A stretch of 63,150 nt of DNA, the filler included, from Bigelowiella natans CCMP2755 (lineage: Eukaryota > Protista > Cercozoa), in the NCBI GenBank assembly GCA_000320545.1. It is 4 parts of 4 records of this genome, joined end to end, with 100 filler letters (N's around TTAATTAATTAA, not from the genome) between each part and the next. Parts side by side here need not be neighbours in the genome. Positions count along the whole stretch, not along the records: positions 38,742 to 45,633 come from ADNK01000703.1; positions 45,734 to 63,150 come from ADNK01001060.1; 2 more parts are not named here. One strand, written 5' to 3'. Below, one piece after another: positions 38,852 through 53,277 of the stretch. Within the stretch, counting starts at the first letter, position 1; every line of letters begins with the position of its first letter. Below the pieces are notes generated by a model. That model saw only the letters and a list, made by a program, of their open reading frames with translations. It was not told the DNA's origin and did not search any database. The position numbers and the translations under genes were made by a program.

Positions 38852-40160
38852 TACAACACAGTTCTCGGGGAACGATATTGGCCCTTGCATTGGAGAACCT
38901 TGAGCATAAAGAGTACATCCCTCTATTCCCCCGCTCCTATACGCAGAACGGGCGCGCGCGCGAAAACACGCGCATAAATAAACTGCTGGCACATAAATTG
39001 GACGCTCAAGCTCATATACACACACTTGATGAGCCTCTCTGGCTTGCTTAGAAAGATGTTAAGTGTACGAATCATTAGGCATTAGCGACACTTTTTACGA
39101 GATAACAAATATAAGGCCTTTTAATGCGATACGGAATGTCATCATCATCATCATCATCATCCACCAGGTATCGTGTACGACTTGCCGTGGCCTCTGTGCT
39201 TCAAGCCCTCGCAGAGGTGAGCTACGAATGCATAGCAAAGTAGAGATGACCAACCCTCGATCAGGATTATAAAAATGAATAGAAGAGAAGTAAATCACAT
39301 AAATTATTAAAGTAGAATCCAAAAACCAGGAGCAAATATTTCTCCCATTGTTTGTGTGATGATATCACCGCCGCCTCGCTAGATAGTGATCGCGTCGTAT
39401 TTTCAGCACACAATAGTTATTGCGACAACACAACTCCGTTTCCATTTTGGATGAAATGTCAGGCCCATCAGCCCTACCACCTACCAACCAATCAACCCTC
39501 CCCCCCCCCCCCCCCCATCGTCGCTGCTGTTGCTTCCTATCCATCGAACACTAAGGTCGACGGAATCAGCGTGTACTTGAAGGCGAAGAAGGTCATATTC
39601 GAGAGCATAAACCGCAACTTCACGAGGAATAGCGGCCAGGTGTGTAGTAGTAAAGATATTGACCTAGCAAAGATTTGCTCGTGTCGCCTTCTTGGCCCGC
39701 GATCATCATCCTTTTGCGTGATGTCTCATGCCTCCTCCTTCTCCTCCCCCTAACCCCCTCCCCCCTCCCCTTTTCAAAGGCGAAGATAAAGAACCAGGCG
39801 AAATTCCTCTTGCCTACCGCAGACCTTCTGAGTTTGGTGTCCTTCGAAGAAACGCCCCAGCAGGAAAAGGGGGGGGGGGCAGCCAAGGAAGCCAAATCCA
39901 CGGCAGTGGCAGCGACAAAGGCGCCGGCGAAATCGGCCATAGCTGGCAGGGACAAGACTGCTGCTGCTGCTACTGTCGTGAAGGAGAAGGAGGAGAAGGG
40001 TGAGGAGCTGAGCCTTCCCTCAACGGCGACCGTATTGCCGACTACTACCGGCAACGGTGCCGCCATGGGGGGGGGGCTGCCAACGCTTGGCGCAGCAGGA
40101 AAGCATAAGGTGTGTTGTATGGTCTCGCGTGCATACGCTTGTGTGTGTGTGTGTGTATGT

Positions 40161-40199
<39 letters not shown>

Positions 40200-40717
40200 A
40201 GGTTGCGTGCGCTTGCAATGCGAGTACAAGTTCGGTCTTCCTAAAGCTCGTCTCCTCTGTTGTTTGGCAGGGCCTTCGAGGCAGCGTGCTCAAGAAGCAT
40301 GGTGCAGCAGCATCGGTGGCCAGGAGAGCGAAGATCGGCGGGCAAAGGTAGCAGCAGTAGTAGTAGTAGCAGTAGTAGTAGTAGTCCTGATGAGGATGGG
40401 GATCAATGATGACAATGACGATGGCGATTGTAGTGGTTGAATGGCGGATGTAGATTGCTAGCTTCGGCAATCAAGCGACCCAAAGCTGCTTCTAGAGCAC
40501 TAGAGCGGCTTATTAGTGTTACGGAGCAGCAGCAGAGATTAACTCCTCTAATCATTCGAATCCTTCATGGCCCGCTTATACTAATATGCAGTGCATTCAT
40601 CCCCATCACTCAGGTTTGCCCTGCCGGGGGCCGTCAAAGGAAAGGGGGACGGGGCAGCAGCCCGGCCTACTACAACGACACGTACACCAACGCTACCTTG
40701 CAAGAACAATTTATTTA

Positions 40718-40758
<41 letters not shown>

Positions 40759-41239
40759 TAAGGATGTGTAATAGTGTGCTGCACGATTTTGAATTGATTC
40801 CCATCACTGCTACTGCTACTGCTACTGCTAGTAGTAGTTGCAGCTCTATGGCCATCAACGATGCCAGCATCATCGTTATCACGTAATTCCGCACAGGTAT
40901 TTCTAAGCCTAAGGAGCTTACAAGATGGAAGGCCGAGCTGAGGTGCGAGGATGCAGTAGGGGAGGGGGAGGAGGGGGGGGGAGGAGGGAGGAGGAGGAGG
41001 AGGAGGAGGAGAAGAGGGGTAAATAAGAAGAAGAAAAATAGCACAGTTCTAGTCGTGCATATCTTGCTCATTCTTTTGATAATGATATGCTGCGTGATGC
41101 ATGATCCTTAGGGAGCAGATGCACGATACGGAAGGGTGGAAGTCGTTGGAAACGTCCTTCGGCGTCCTCAAGGCGATTGTCGCGGGCTCAGGAACGGCCT
41201 TCTCCAAGCATGTGGATAGGTCGGTCCGCATATACATAT

Positions 41240-41277
<38 letters not shown>

Positions 41278-41318
41278 TTTTCGTGCCTTCTGCCCTCCTC
41301 CTCCTCCTCCTCCTCCTT

Positions 41319-41364
<46 letters not shown>

Positions 41365-41458
41365 AGGGAGATCCTACAGCTCATTGAAAAGGCAAGCTCC
41401 CACACGAACCGATTTGTCCGTGAAATCGCCTACAAGACCATCGCCGAAATCGCCATGG

Positions 41459-41511
<53 letters not shown>

Positions 41512-41736
41512 ATTATGTTAAAATTCGTGCGTGTGTGCTTTGTACTGTGCAGAGCTGCGACTTAGAAACGCTGAAGAAGCTGGCTAAGATCACGTGTCTC
41601 CTCCTCGCCAAAGGCCTTTCGGACAACTGGAGTCAGGTGCGCCTGGCTACCATCCTTGCTGCTATTCTCAGCGACATATGCTGCTTTATCTACATCTGAA
41701 ACCATAGAGGGGGGAGGGGAGGGGGGAAAATAGATG

Positions 41737-41781
<45 letters not shown>

Positions 41782-42094
41782 GATGGTGAGAAAATCGATG
41801 CACAATCAATATAGATCCCACATTTCGTATGCAGGTGAGATATGCCTCAAGCATTGCCACCCGCCACATGCTTCTTCGCGCTCAAAAGGTCAGCCGCACG
41901 AATATATTTGCCCTTACTCCAAGTGGAGAATGCACGATAGCGAGTCGTGACTATAATATAACGATGGACACTGCGCGGTTATGGTGCCGCACGGAATGTC
42001 CAAAGACCCCCGCATATTATCGTGTCATCATCATTTCATCCTACTTGCAGCCACCAAACCGGTTTCAAATGCACGCTTGTATGTATCCGCACTC

Positions 42095-42127
<33 letters not shown>

Positions 42128-42245
42128 CTTTCTACAGGAGGGGTTTGCCGAGGAGTACCTACCCATTTTGCTACCTCCCATGTGCATCAATCGTTACTAC
42201 GTGGCACAGGTGTCGGTCAAGAAAGAGAGGACAAACAACACACGA

Positions 42246-42290
<45 letters not shown>

Positions 42291-42641
42291 GCTGTTTGTG
42301 TTGTTTCTGATGATGGCGATGATGGTGATGATGATGATGTTTTTGCTGTCAGGGCGTGCGAATATACTCTCAGGAGAGTTGGAAGCTAGCAATGGGTATG
42401 TGTATGTGTGTGTGTGTGTGTGCGTGTGCTTGCATGATAATGAAGTCATGTTTAATAATTTGTTTCTTATATAGTATTTTGAGTCGTTGATGATATCATC
42501 ATCCTCCTACTCTTACTGTTTCGTATCTCAACCCAGGCACTCGAGGACCCGATCTCGTTGCGAAGTAACATCAACTACAAGGGGGGGGGGGGGAAAGAGG
42601 AGAAGAAGAAGAAAAAATAACAAAATCAAATGCCATAAGGG

Positions 42642-42680
<39 letters not shown>

Positions 42681-43021
42681 GTAAGTAGATACTAGGAATT
42701 CTGCTAACCACCTTTGTGGAAGGGGGGGTTGCGCTGTTGGTTTTCTTTGACGAGGGGGGGGGTGGGAGAGACTAGTAAGGTCTTGTTGTAAACGTTAAGC
42801 TGTTTGGTGTTTTATGTTTGCCGCGTTGTTGCATGGCTGGGATCATCGGTACATTAGGTATATCAGCAATGTAGTCGATTTCTACGTTCAGCAAGCGCAG
42901 GTGAGGAAGGAGAGAGGGAGGAAGAAGAAGAAGAAGAAGAAGAAGAAGAAGAAGAAGAAAGAGAACGCAAATGAGAGTTGTACAACGGATATGTTATTCT
43001 CACACACACATACACAACACA

Positions 43022-43064
<43 letters not shown>

Positions 43065-43331
43065 ACGTGTGTGTGTGTGTGTGTGTGCGTGTGTGCGTGT
43101 GTGCATGCCGCTTGAAGTGTGATGCTCGGTCTCTTCACTCCTCATCCCATCTCATATATGAACGTTTCTCCTACTCTCCTCCTCCTCCTCCTCCTCCTCC
43201 TCCTCCTTCCCCAGGCCGATAACCATGCTGTGCGAGAGGCAGCGTGTGCGTGCATTACTGAGCTAGCGCTCAAAGTGGACAGAAAGGCCGTCTCCCCCAA
43301 GGTGGCGACCGTCGCCAGTCTACCAGTGTTA

Positions 43332-43375
<44 letters not shown>

Positions 43376-43681
43376 TTATGTGTGTGTTTGTGTGTGTGTG
43401 TGTGTTCTTCTTTATGTTTATGCAAGATGGGGAGAGAGAGGGAGAGAGAGATCGATTAATGAATTTGATTGCGCGTGTGTGATGATGAAAGCTGAGCCTG
43501 CTTGCTGGTGGTGGTGGTGGTGGTTTTTGCATAGGTTGATGTGCTACTGGAAACGCTCATAGACTGCTTTAAAGATGATTCTTGGCCTGTGCGAGACGCT
43601 GCATGCAGGTAATAATTGTTTTGGAATGCAAATTGCAGTGACGATGGTGATGGTGATGGTGACGGTGACGGTGACTGATGG

Positions 43682-43717
<36 letters not shown>

Positions 43718-43935
43718 GAATAGTAATGCTGATAATGACAACAAATATCTTGAATATATAATGAATCCCTACTACTGTTAGTGTGGTTTTGCGATTCGTT
43801 GGTGATATATTGTGTGATAATCACTCCGTGTTCTAACCACAATTCTATCCCCCCCCCCCCCATTTGTACCATAGTGCGTGCGGAGATCCTCATCAAGGTA
43901 CAACGGACAGATTAGCGAGGACGAAAAGAGAACGG

Positions 43936-43971
<36 letters not shown>

Positions 43972-44276
43972 GCTGAGATGGTGGTTTTGGATTACCAGCA
44001 TGGTAGTTAGTGATCATGAGTCCCATCCGATACACACAAAATAGCGTTATCATTATGTTTTTCTGACGAACCACCCTTCCATGGTGCAGGCTTCGTTGGA
44101 AAAGTCTGACCAGCAGATGTACTCGTGCGGATCCTCAGCCCCGAAAATGAAGAAGAGGGGTAGTCAATTCCGCTGCTCCGGCTGTTGCCGAGCCGAGGGA
44201 AAAATAGGAGGGGGGGTGGGGGGGGGGTTCTTATGAGAGTGAAGCAAATAGTTATATACATAATATTATATATATA

Positions 44277-44317
<41 letters not shown>

Positions 44318-44913
44318 GTAAATATATCCCCCCCCCCCCCCTCTCTCCCCCATTCTCTCCCTTCCACACGGTAAAGACGATTTCGGCTGTGAAGGAGCAG
44401 AAGGACTCATCTACCAGGTGGGTGCTGATAGCATACACGTCGTGGTGAGGAGGCGTTTGTTTCTGCATCGGGTCTCCTCGAGCTTGCACGCAATTCTAAG
44501 CTTGTTTTTGCACGATTTTCCCATGTTTCCAGCCTTGGAGATATGGCCAACGTGACGCAGTTTGGAGTCGCAAGGCGTCTCACTGGAAAGGTGGGGAGGG
44601 GGGGGGGGGCTGAGATGGTGGTTTTGGATTACGAGCATGGTAGTTAGTGATCATGAGTGCCAAGCGATACACACAAAATAGCGTTATCATTATGTTTGTC
44701 TGACGAACCACACTTCCATGGTGCAGGCTTCGTTGGAAAAGTCTGACCAGCAGATGTACTCGTGCGGATCCCTAGCCCCGAAAATGAAGAAGAGGGGTAG
44801 TCAATGCCGCTGCTCCTGCTGCTGCCGCGACGAGGGAAAAATAGGAGGGGGGGCGGGGGGGGGGTTCTTATGAGAGTGAAGCAAATAGTTATATACATAA
44901 TATTATATATATA

Positions 44914-44957
<44 letters not shown>

Positions 44958-45289
44958 GACGTTCAATTTGATGCTAGGAGTATATTCACCGAATATGCAA
45001 TAAGCATGTATCCTCCCCTCCCCCCTCCCTCACCTCCCCCCTTCCCTTGCACCAGGCGCCGGCTGCATGGATCATAGCTTCCAGCGTCCTGCAGAGCCTT
45101 GGGAGATAAGCGACGGCGCTCTCTACCTTCTCCGGGAGGTCTCATCGCTCGCACCGCAGCTGGTGACGAGGTTCCTGCCCCAGGTTATATACTAACTTTA
45201 CTTGACCAACCATGGCTGATGGCGTGACGATGCTGCTGGGGGCGAAAAAGTTCCTCTTTCGATTTGAATGTTCGTGTGCGTGTGTGTGC

Positions 45290-45326
<37 letters not shown>

Positions 45327-45451
45327 CATCTCCCTTCCCCCCTCTCACTCTCACTCTTTCTTTCGGTGTTCATCGGTGCAAAAAGGCCGTGGAGGCGGTG
45401 GAGAAGAAGAGCTACCAGCACCACGTGTATCTGAAGCAAACGTTTTGGAGG
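38852..45451 (+). CDS. Uncharacterised HEAT/ARM-repeat protein, truncated by gaps at both ends
   Basis: Exons: LEHKE|YRVRLAVASVLQALAE; EGWKSLETSFGVLKAIV; HTNRFVREIAY; GLSDNWSQ|VRYASSIATR; PMCINRYYVAQ|GVRIYSQESW; ADNHAVREAACACITEL; CFKDDSWPVRDAAC; MYSCGSLAPKMKKRG|AGCMDHSFQRPAEPWEISDG; KSYQHHVYLKQTFW. The D...VR..A HEAT signature recurs. Confidence 0.8.
43971..44955 (+). repeat. ~350-nt near-identical direct repeat (43971-44318 and ~44607-44955) containing one exon
   Basis: Both copies run from gggctgagatggtggttttggattac to (ta)n-gac with scattered substitutions; compare ORFs 44007..44261 and 44644..44898. Confidence 0.93.
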
Positions 45452-45587
45452 GTGGGTGGAGAGTGCATGTATATCATTAATGCGATGACGATGATGATAA
45501 TGATGGTGATGATGATGATGATGAGAGCAGCTGTCCAGATGGAATATCAATGTGTTTATTTGTTATTTTATTATGCAAGTGAATGCG

Positions 45588-45633
<46 letters not shown>

Positions 45634-45733
45634 NNNNNNNNNNNNNNNNNNNNNNNNNNNNNNNNNNNNNNNNNNNNTTAATTAATTAANNNNNNNNNNN
45701 NNNNNNNNNNNNNNNNNNNNNNNNNNNNNNNNN
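45634..45733. other. Assembly gap with artificial linker
   Basis: N44-TTAATTAATTAA-N44. Confidence 0.97.
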
Positions 45734-45925
45734 CTATACATAATAACAATAATAGTAATAATAATATAATCATCACCATCATCATCGATGCCGCCATCTT
45801 CGATCCTTTATTCCTTCGCCCCCCCCCCCCCCCCCCCCTTTCATCATTCATTCACTTGGTTGCATCATTATCATCATCACCATCCCTCACCGCGCTCACC
45901 TGTTTACTGACAAATATTCCCTTAG

Positions 45926-47580
45926 GATACCGTGCAGATGATGGCGCTGTGCGTATTTCTTAACATGTTCGCCAATTCGAATCTTTCCACTCTGCTCACG
46001 AGTGATGAGGTAGCATCAGATTCAACTACCCCTTTAAGGAGGAGGAGGAGGAGGCCATCTAATGCTGTGTCACAATAATAGTCCACATTCCGCTATATTA
46101 TCTTCACTAACCTAGCATGATCGCGTGTGTGCTTGTATGTTTGTATGTGTGTGTATGTGTGTGTGTGTGTGTGTGTTGTCTGGGAAAAGGCCTTCATGGA
46201 TATGTTGGTGAATGCACTGGAGAGCGAGTCTGGCTTTGTGAAGACATCAGCTGCAAGATTAGCCTTCAACGCGGCGCTCTCTCTTCCAAAGGTGTACAAC
46301 TAATTCCTACTAATACTACTACTACTACTGCTACTACTACTACCTCCTTAGAATTAAAAAAAACAATTCACGAATGATGTCGACTTGACGCATCATCTCT
46401 GTGGCGCGCTGCTAAATGCAACAAGGGGGTGGGGGTGTTTCCGTTGCGTGATTTGCTCGTAGTAAAGCACCAATAAGACTCAATGCATGATGTCTGAGCA
46501 TGACTGTGTACAACAAGCATCGTCATCACCATCATAACCATCATCGTCTTCATCATCATCACCACCACCATCATGTGGCCTTGTCTGATATCCAACCGCC
46601 CCCTGCTACTTCCCTCCTCTCCCTCCCCCCCTTCTCCCTCTTCCTATCCCTCTCCCTATCCTATTGTTGGGGGGGAGCAGGATGGCGGGAGCGATGGCGT
46701 GATACAACTAGCATCGATTCTGCCCTCAGTGTGCATGGAGCACTCGACGACGACGACGAAAGGAGGAAATTTGGCCATGTGAGAAGATCATCATGACAGC
46801 TATAGCCACCCCTCCCCCACCGTCCCCCCCGCTACTGCTCTTAATTTATACTGCGATGACACTCAATTTACCCTCCGCTGCCCCCCCCCCCTCACTTGTC
46901 GTTCATTATCGACGCTTCTGCACCCCTAATGGATGGGGCTGTTTGATGCTGCTGCTACTGCTGATGAGCGGGTGATAACGATCCTGCTCTGGTGGTGTTT
47001 ATCAGCATGCTGCGAGCGATAGGGCAGTTGATGTTTTGCAACGACGAGGCGTGTGAAGTCGTAGGCGCCATGGATTTCAAGGTCACTATCACCATTTGTG
47101 TGCCTCTGGGGTTGGAACGGACAGAAGTAACCGTCCGCTGCGCCTTCAGCTCCCTTCTTCCTCCTGCTTCTTGCTTGTGGTGCATTGAATCAAATAAATA
47201 TGAGGTATTCGTGTGTGCGCGTGCGTGTGTGTGTGTGGCCAAGCAGCCCTCGGACGTGGTTTCTTCCTTCAAAGGGAGCAAGGTCCCCTAGTAGTGATAG
47301 TAGTAGTAGCAGTGGTACTAGCAGTAGTGGTAATAGCAGTAGTAGTAGAAGTATCCGTTGATCAAGTCCTGCTCGATAGAGATCGCTCCTTTATTGCTCG
47401 GTGAGAGAGCATGACGTGATTCGGAAGCATTCAGCGACTTAAAAAAAGATTCTCCGGTTTTCGCTGCTGACCCTCCTCCTTGTTATTATCACTATCATTG
47501 CATGCACCCGACAGGTGCTACTGAAGATCCAGAACGCTGCGAGCGATGTGGACGCTCTATTGAAGGATGTGACCGATTAG
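45926..47580 (+). CDS. ARM-like C-terminus, probable PUL domain; 5' part lost in gap
   Basis: DTVQMMALCVFLNMFANS...|AFMDMLVNALESESGFVKTSAARLAFNAALSLPK|DGGSDGVIQLASIL...MLRAIGQLMF...|VLLKIQNAASDVDALLKDVTD*. The N.F, A..LAFN and LRA.G.L pattern resembles PUL domains. Confidence 0.55.
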
Positions 47581-47949
47581 AATATCCTGTAGCATTCATT
47601 GCTAGCACCGCTAGGACATGCACCCATAAGTGCCGTCCTAATGTGCGGCATTTTTAGTGTTAACAACGCCACAGCCGCGTCGCTATTGATATTATTGGAT
47701 GACTAGAAGAGTATAGATCTGGAGATCCCTCGGAGGATGACGATAGTTCATTAAAGGAGACTTAAGTCTCCTATACGTGTGTGCGCAAATAAACACATGT
47801 ACCAATGCCTTCATGTGTGTCTTTTTTGTGCACGTGCGATCTTTCATGTACGTGCTCAACGGCAATACGTACACGTATGAGAGGCTGAAGTCTCTCATAT
47901 TAAGTCTAACGATATATAAGTAGAATTATGTGGTAAGTAGCTATCGACT

Positions 47950-48620
47950 TTGCATGATGAAGGGCATGTTGCACAATTTCAATACAGCTAGACAGTCTGG
48001 ACGGTGCATATCATGATAGGCGCGATGGCAGTTATTGCGTCTTTTTTTATGTGCTGGCTATAAATATTTGTTATAAAAGCATGCAATGCTATAGAATGGC
48101 ATGAGAGCCTGCTAGATGTAGCGCATGGCAACCGGCGCGCAATGTTCATGGCCATACTAGCATTGCTGCATGCTTTATGGTCTATTAAATCTACTAGTAG
48201 TGTTGCGGCGAAGGCGAAAGGCAAAGTTTGCACAAGCTAGCAGGGACTAGCGCAGGATTAGCTAGTTAGTGCAGGTGCTGGCTAGCGCTACTGGCGCAGC
48301 ATGGCCACGTCGATCTAGATGTGTACACGCATGCAAAGACGCGCGCTGGCGCGGGTGTGTGATCGAAGAAATGAGATGTCGGCCAGGCTAGCAGGCGCGG
48401 GAAGCAGCCCGACTAGCTGATGAGCACAATGTCATCAAAAAGATGCCAACAAGATCGAATGACTACTCTCATGATTAACACAATGGCCTCACAATAAGCC
48501 ATACATAAAGCTTCGATTGTCCGTTGCTGGTATGACCAAGCGCCGCCGCATGCAGTGCATCTTCCCATCAGCCAAATAGCTGCAAGATAGTGCTGCTGTG
48601 CGCTGTGGGGGCATGTATTT
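47950..48620. other. Partial TpA-depleted, CTAG-rich island
   Basis: Core 48230-48600, where TA occurs mostly as CTAG, CTA or TAG; between convergent genes. Confidence 0.7.
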
Positions 48621-48939
48621 TACATACACAATCATGAATGATTTAGTAGTACTACTCACGATCGCTATAGTATTATTATTATTATGAATGTGACATTCTC
48701 ATGAGATATATGAATCTAGATGCGTATGTACACGACCTGCTCGCTGGAGCTCTTTATTTACATCGGTCGTTTTAGTATGTGACAACACACGTATTCGTTT
48801 TCGATCGATGTGCAGGCAAATGGAAAAATTCTATTTAGAGATATGTATGGGAGCCGGAATCTACACAGAGCTGTAAGACGTAGGCCTGTGGGACGGAGTG
48901 AACAAAAGGGGCCCCGATATAACACATATACACATTTCA

Positions 48940-49196
48940 TTATTCATTTCGCCAAACGCAGCTTCGGAACGCATTCCGATTGGAGGGAGCATTAGGAACC
49001 TTCTCATCGACGCAATAGTTTTGGCATAGTAGGGCATGGAAGGATGGAGCAAGGCCTAGAAAACGGCACCGTGCATCCTGCGGGAGCGATTTTTACCGCA
49101 TCATTCCCGCATCATTCCCGCATAGCATATTATATGCCTCCTTCAAAGTAGTGCGACACTCGATCACTGACCTCCATTGCTGCGTATCTGAAGGGA

Positions 49197-49228
<32 letters not shown>

Positions 49229-51218
49229 AGCTACCCCTCCTCTCTCCTCCCCCACGATGAAGGAGAATCGATGTTCTCTGCCAGCGCTGCTTCGGGGGTC
49301 CCCACCCGATCAGGTGTTGCAACTACCTCAGGTATTGCTGCTGCTACTGCACCTACTGAAGAACCGTCGTCCGCTGAATCCGCCAGCCCCCCTTCCTTAT
49401 CCTCTGCTGCTAAGAGGGTGTCTTGCTTTCCGGGGGGGGGAATTGTGTTGCGCGCCTTGGCAATCACATCACGGATTTCCGCAAAATCTTCTCCCCCTCC
49501 CCCGCCGCCATCTCCGGTAATGGCGCCTGAGAGTGGCAGTGAGACTACATCGTTGGGGGTGCTGGGGGGGACAAGGACGATATTGAGAGGATGCTGCTCA
49601 GGCGTACCAGGAGGTGCGACGACGAAATTTGACTGCTGCTGCTGCTGGTGATGGTGGTGGTGGGATATATTTTGATGTTGGTGCTGATACTTATTGGTAT
49701 GATGATGATGATGATGATGAAGATGACGGCGATGGTGATCGATCATGATGCCGGAGCCCCCTAGTTTCTCTTCGGCCGTTCTTGATTCCGCGTCGCCGTC
49801 ATTATGTCTCGCGCTCCTTCTTTTCCCATTGACGTAGTAGCTGGTTAGCCCCCTGCTGCCGCCACCGCCGCTGCTGTAGTGGCTGAATTTTGATTCTAAC
49901 CTCTCATGGGCAGGTCGTCTGGAAAGAAGGAAGGAGAGAGGAGGAGATGATGAGACAGCACAGTTAATTTTAAACATAGATAGCACGTCTATTATGTCGC
50001 CTGTGTGAAGCAATAGGATGCTCAAAGAAGGTACGACTATGATTCACACAGACTACATCTTCGCCCCCCTCCAACCCTCTCGTGTGTCATCGCCACGCTG
50101 CGTTTCTTACCGGCATGCGAACGTCAAGCAGCAGATCTTTCCCGTCTGGAAAACAGAAGGAAATCATTATTATCATCACCATCACATCTACTACTACTAC
50201 TGCTATTACTACCACTATTTCTACTACAACAACCTAGCCATGCATGCACAACTGGAGCTAAAAATTAGAAACCCTGACTGCTATTCTCAAGAGCTGCTAA
50301 GAATGAGAAGTTCTGCAACCCTCGCCGCCCCATTCTATTGCTCCCAACGTTAGGCGACGAGATGGCAAAGAAACATGATGGCGCAGATCTAATAGGGTGC
50401 TTTTCTCTGGAAAAAAGCCTTGGGAACTACGCATGATCATGTTTCTCATGCTAACACGAAAGTCGTAGGACATATTGTATTGAAAGCGTCCCTATCCCCC
50501 CCCCCCCCCCCCACCCCTCGGCAACACCAACCTTATGATGCATGCACTCAGCGATTCCCACAAAGTCAAATTCTCTGCGGTCGTGATCCACCAACACAAA
50601 CGCACACATATATAAGGCAAAAGAGCATGAATCAAGGGCTGCCATGAAACACAACGGAGGCCTGGCCAAATGGACATGGGGGGAAGGAGGGGCGCGGGGG
50701 GAAGGGAGGGGTTGTTCTTACGGATAAAAAATGACTTTCCGATGGAGCTCACACGTTTCCTAAATTCGAGGAAGAAGGGGAGGAGAAGAGGCATAACTAC
50801 GGCATCATATTGCCATTGAATTCAGTCTCTCTGGTAACAAGCACAGGTCTCTCCCTCGCATAGCACGTCATCAAAATAGCAGCAAATGACGTCAGCGTTC
50901 AGTCCACCAACGCTACTCATCGCTTGCTTCGCTGCGATTCTTCTTCTTCTTCTTCTTCTTCCCATTTCGCGTCTCACACGCTATCATAACTTTCTTTATT
51001 CTAATATCACTGTTTTCAATGAAGCAACCTGCGAACCGATGGTTAACAGCCGAGCAAGGATGTCGGTCGCAGATTTCCCCCCGAAGTCCATGATATCAGC
51101 GCACCTGTAATCAATGCATTACGTGCGAATTATGTGCCGATATATCATTTTTTTCTGACCGCTAAGGAAAGCACGCTGATGAACGCTGTTTGCGCTGCTA
51201 AAGGGCTGTCGAATAGCG

Positions 51219-51254
<36 letters not shown>

Positions 51255-51680
51255 TAGAGAGAGAGAGAGAGAGAGGGGGGGGGGGGAGGGAGAGGAAGAG
51301 GGAGATGAGAGACCTCCCATGGCGAACAAGCATAGCCGTCAAACGTGTTGATACGTGCATACGGTTCCAAGAGTGGTACTCGTTTGTGTAGTCCTATATG
51401 TTGTGCGAAACAACGAATATCATCGCTACCCCTCTAGTAGTAGTTGGTGTTTGAAAAAATAGGGGAGGGGGAGCACCGGAAACGGATCTTTCGTCTCGAT
51501 CGCGCAGACGTTGTCGCATTGCATTTTGGCGCACTGATTAAAACACGTTTTCAATTTCTTAGGGCCCTAGATGGATGAATGGAGTATTCTAAGTGCGTGT
51601 GCGCACGTGTGCACGTGTGTGTGGTTTCGATTGGGGATTGACGATATATTGGTGGATGTTCGGTAAGAAGACTTATATTC

Positions 51681-51714
<34 letters not shown>

Positions 51715-52072
51715 GTATCTTCCACAATACACATTATGGTACAAGACGGCACTCATTCAAAACGATCGTTGTTTCGGGTACCTTGGAAAGCACAAACGAC
51801 ATCCTGAGTCTCGATACTGGCTTCTGCTTTCGAAGGAACCTGTCACAATTCAGCAGCGTCCTTACATATCTATATCCTCCTCTCCTACATGATGTTATGG
51901 TTGATGCTCGTACTCGATAAGGTTTTTAAAGGTTTCCTCCTCGTCTCGATGGCTGTCCTTCATCTGGAGAAGTGGTGAGCGGAAGAGAAAACATAGCAGC
52001 CAATTGATCATCGTTCGGACGAGAATCGACATTTATACCGTTTGATGATCTATTCTTGCGAAGTCTGAACGG

Positions 52073-52147
<75 letters not shown>

Positions 52148-53110
52148 TTCTCCGATAAGTATAGGGCGAGTCATGCGGAAATTGGGGAATTGGCGTGCGG
52201 GGAGGGATGCGTTTATATATATTTTGTATTTATTCGATGCAGCAAAGGATAAGAAAAGACAATCGAATGAGGAAGGGGAGTTTGGGTGGAGATGATCAAT
52301 CACCTTTTTTAGCCGCCGTTCCAGGACGGGAATGAACCTCTGCGGCTTCGTCCTACACAAGACATATCGGCCATACAAACACAGCGTTCTCAGCCCTCTC
52401 CCCCCAGAAATCGGTCGGTAGACTGAACCAAGTATGGTGTAAACCTGAGCGTGTTTAGCCTCCCGAGTAAGGCGATCTCGAGGTTATTTGGATGCCAGTC
52501 AATGAGAGTGCTCAGCGTCAGTTTATTGTGGAAGTGCCTGCGCTTCCTCTCGTTTGGGGGGGTCCCTATACCGCGAGGGGAGAAGAAGGATACAACAGCA
52601 GATAACATCATCAGAAACCTACTCTATCAGTGTTGGCGTGCTTCTTTTGTAGATGGCGCTGCCGCATAACCGAGCGACGATAAGCGAAAACAACGAGTCC
52701 CAGAAGGGGCAAATGTATATGTATGAAAAATCAAGCGTTAGAACCTGTTCCTAGCTTTCCACTGCAGCTCCCCCTGCACGCCCCCTTCATACTGGCTCCC
52801 ATAGTGACGAAGGAGCTACAGGCCTGGGTGGGGGCGCAGGGTCCGCTTCTCCGAGTGGGGGATCGTTCAGATTTACAGCCCGATGCAACGGATGACGGCG
52901 TCCTCTGGAACATCCTGCGACTCCCAAATTGGTTGTCGCAATGCAAAATTATCCTACTTCCAGGGACACGATAGACGTTGTGCGGCGGACGCACTAGGGG
53001 TTTTTGTCCATGCGACAACAATATCAGGTCTGGAGGCTAGGAGAGCCTTCCGAGAGTGGTCTCCGAGAATCTCAGAGGATCTCCCTGTTCGACCCTCGCT
53101 CGGCAACAAC
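48940..53110 (-). CDS. Large hypothetical protein, multi-exon, boundaries approximate
   Basis: Coding-like segments between microsatellite introns: RHFHNKLTLSTLIDWHPNNLEIALLGRLN; YGRYVLCRTKPQRFIPVLERRLKK; YHSWNRMHVSTRLTAMLVRHGR|CADIMDFGGKSATDILARLLTI; and a long His/Gln/Gly-rich exon at ~49255-49920. No family recognised. Confidence 0.5.
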
Positions 53111-53277
53111 CCGTAGGAAAGAAGGGTGTCAGACGAAAGGTACGTTTAAGAGCTGATGAGTAGCCTTTCTGAGCTTCCAAGAGCCCCAAACAGCAACTCT
53201 AACCGACGAAATCAATATTTCTAACGCTAGAGTGAAAATTGGTTCTGTTTTTGCTTTGTATTTTCTCCTCAGTGCAC

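Noticed and set aside
40045-43896. ORFs with poly-CV, YI, HT, SL or poly-D/M tracts
   Set aside because: They are translations of intronic microsatellites.
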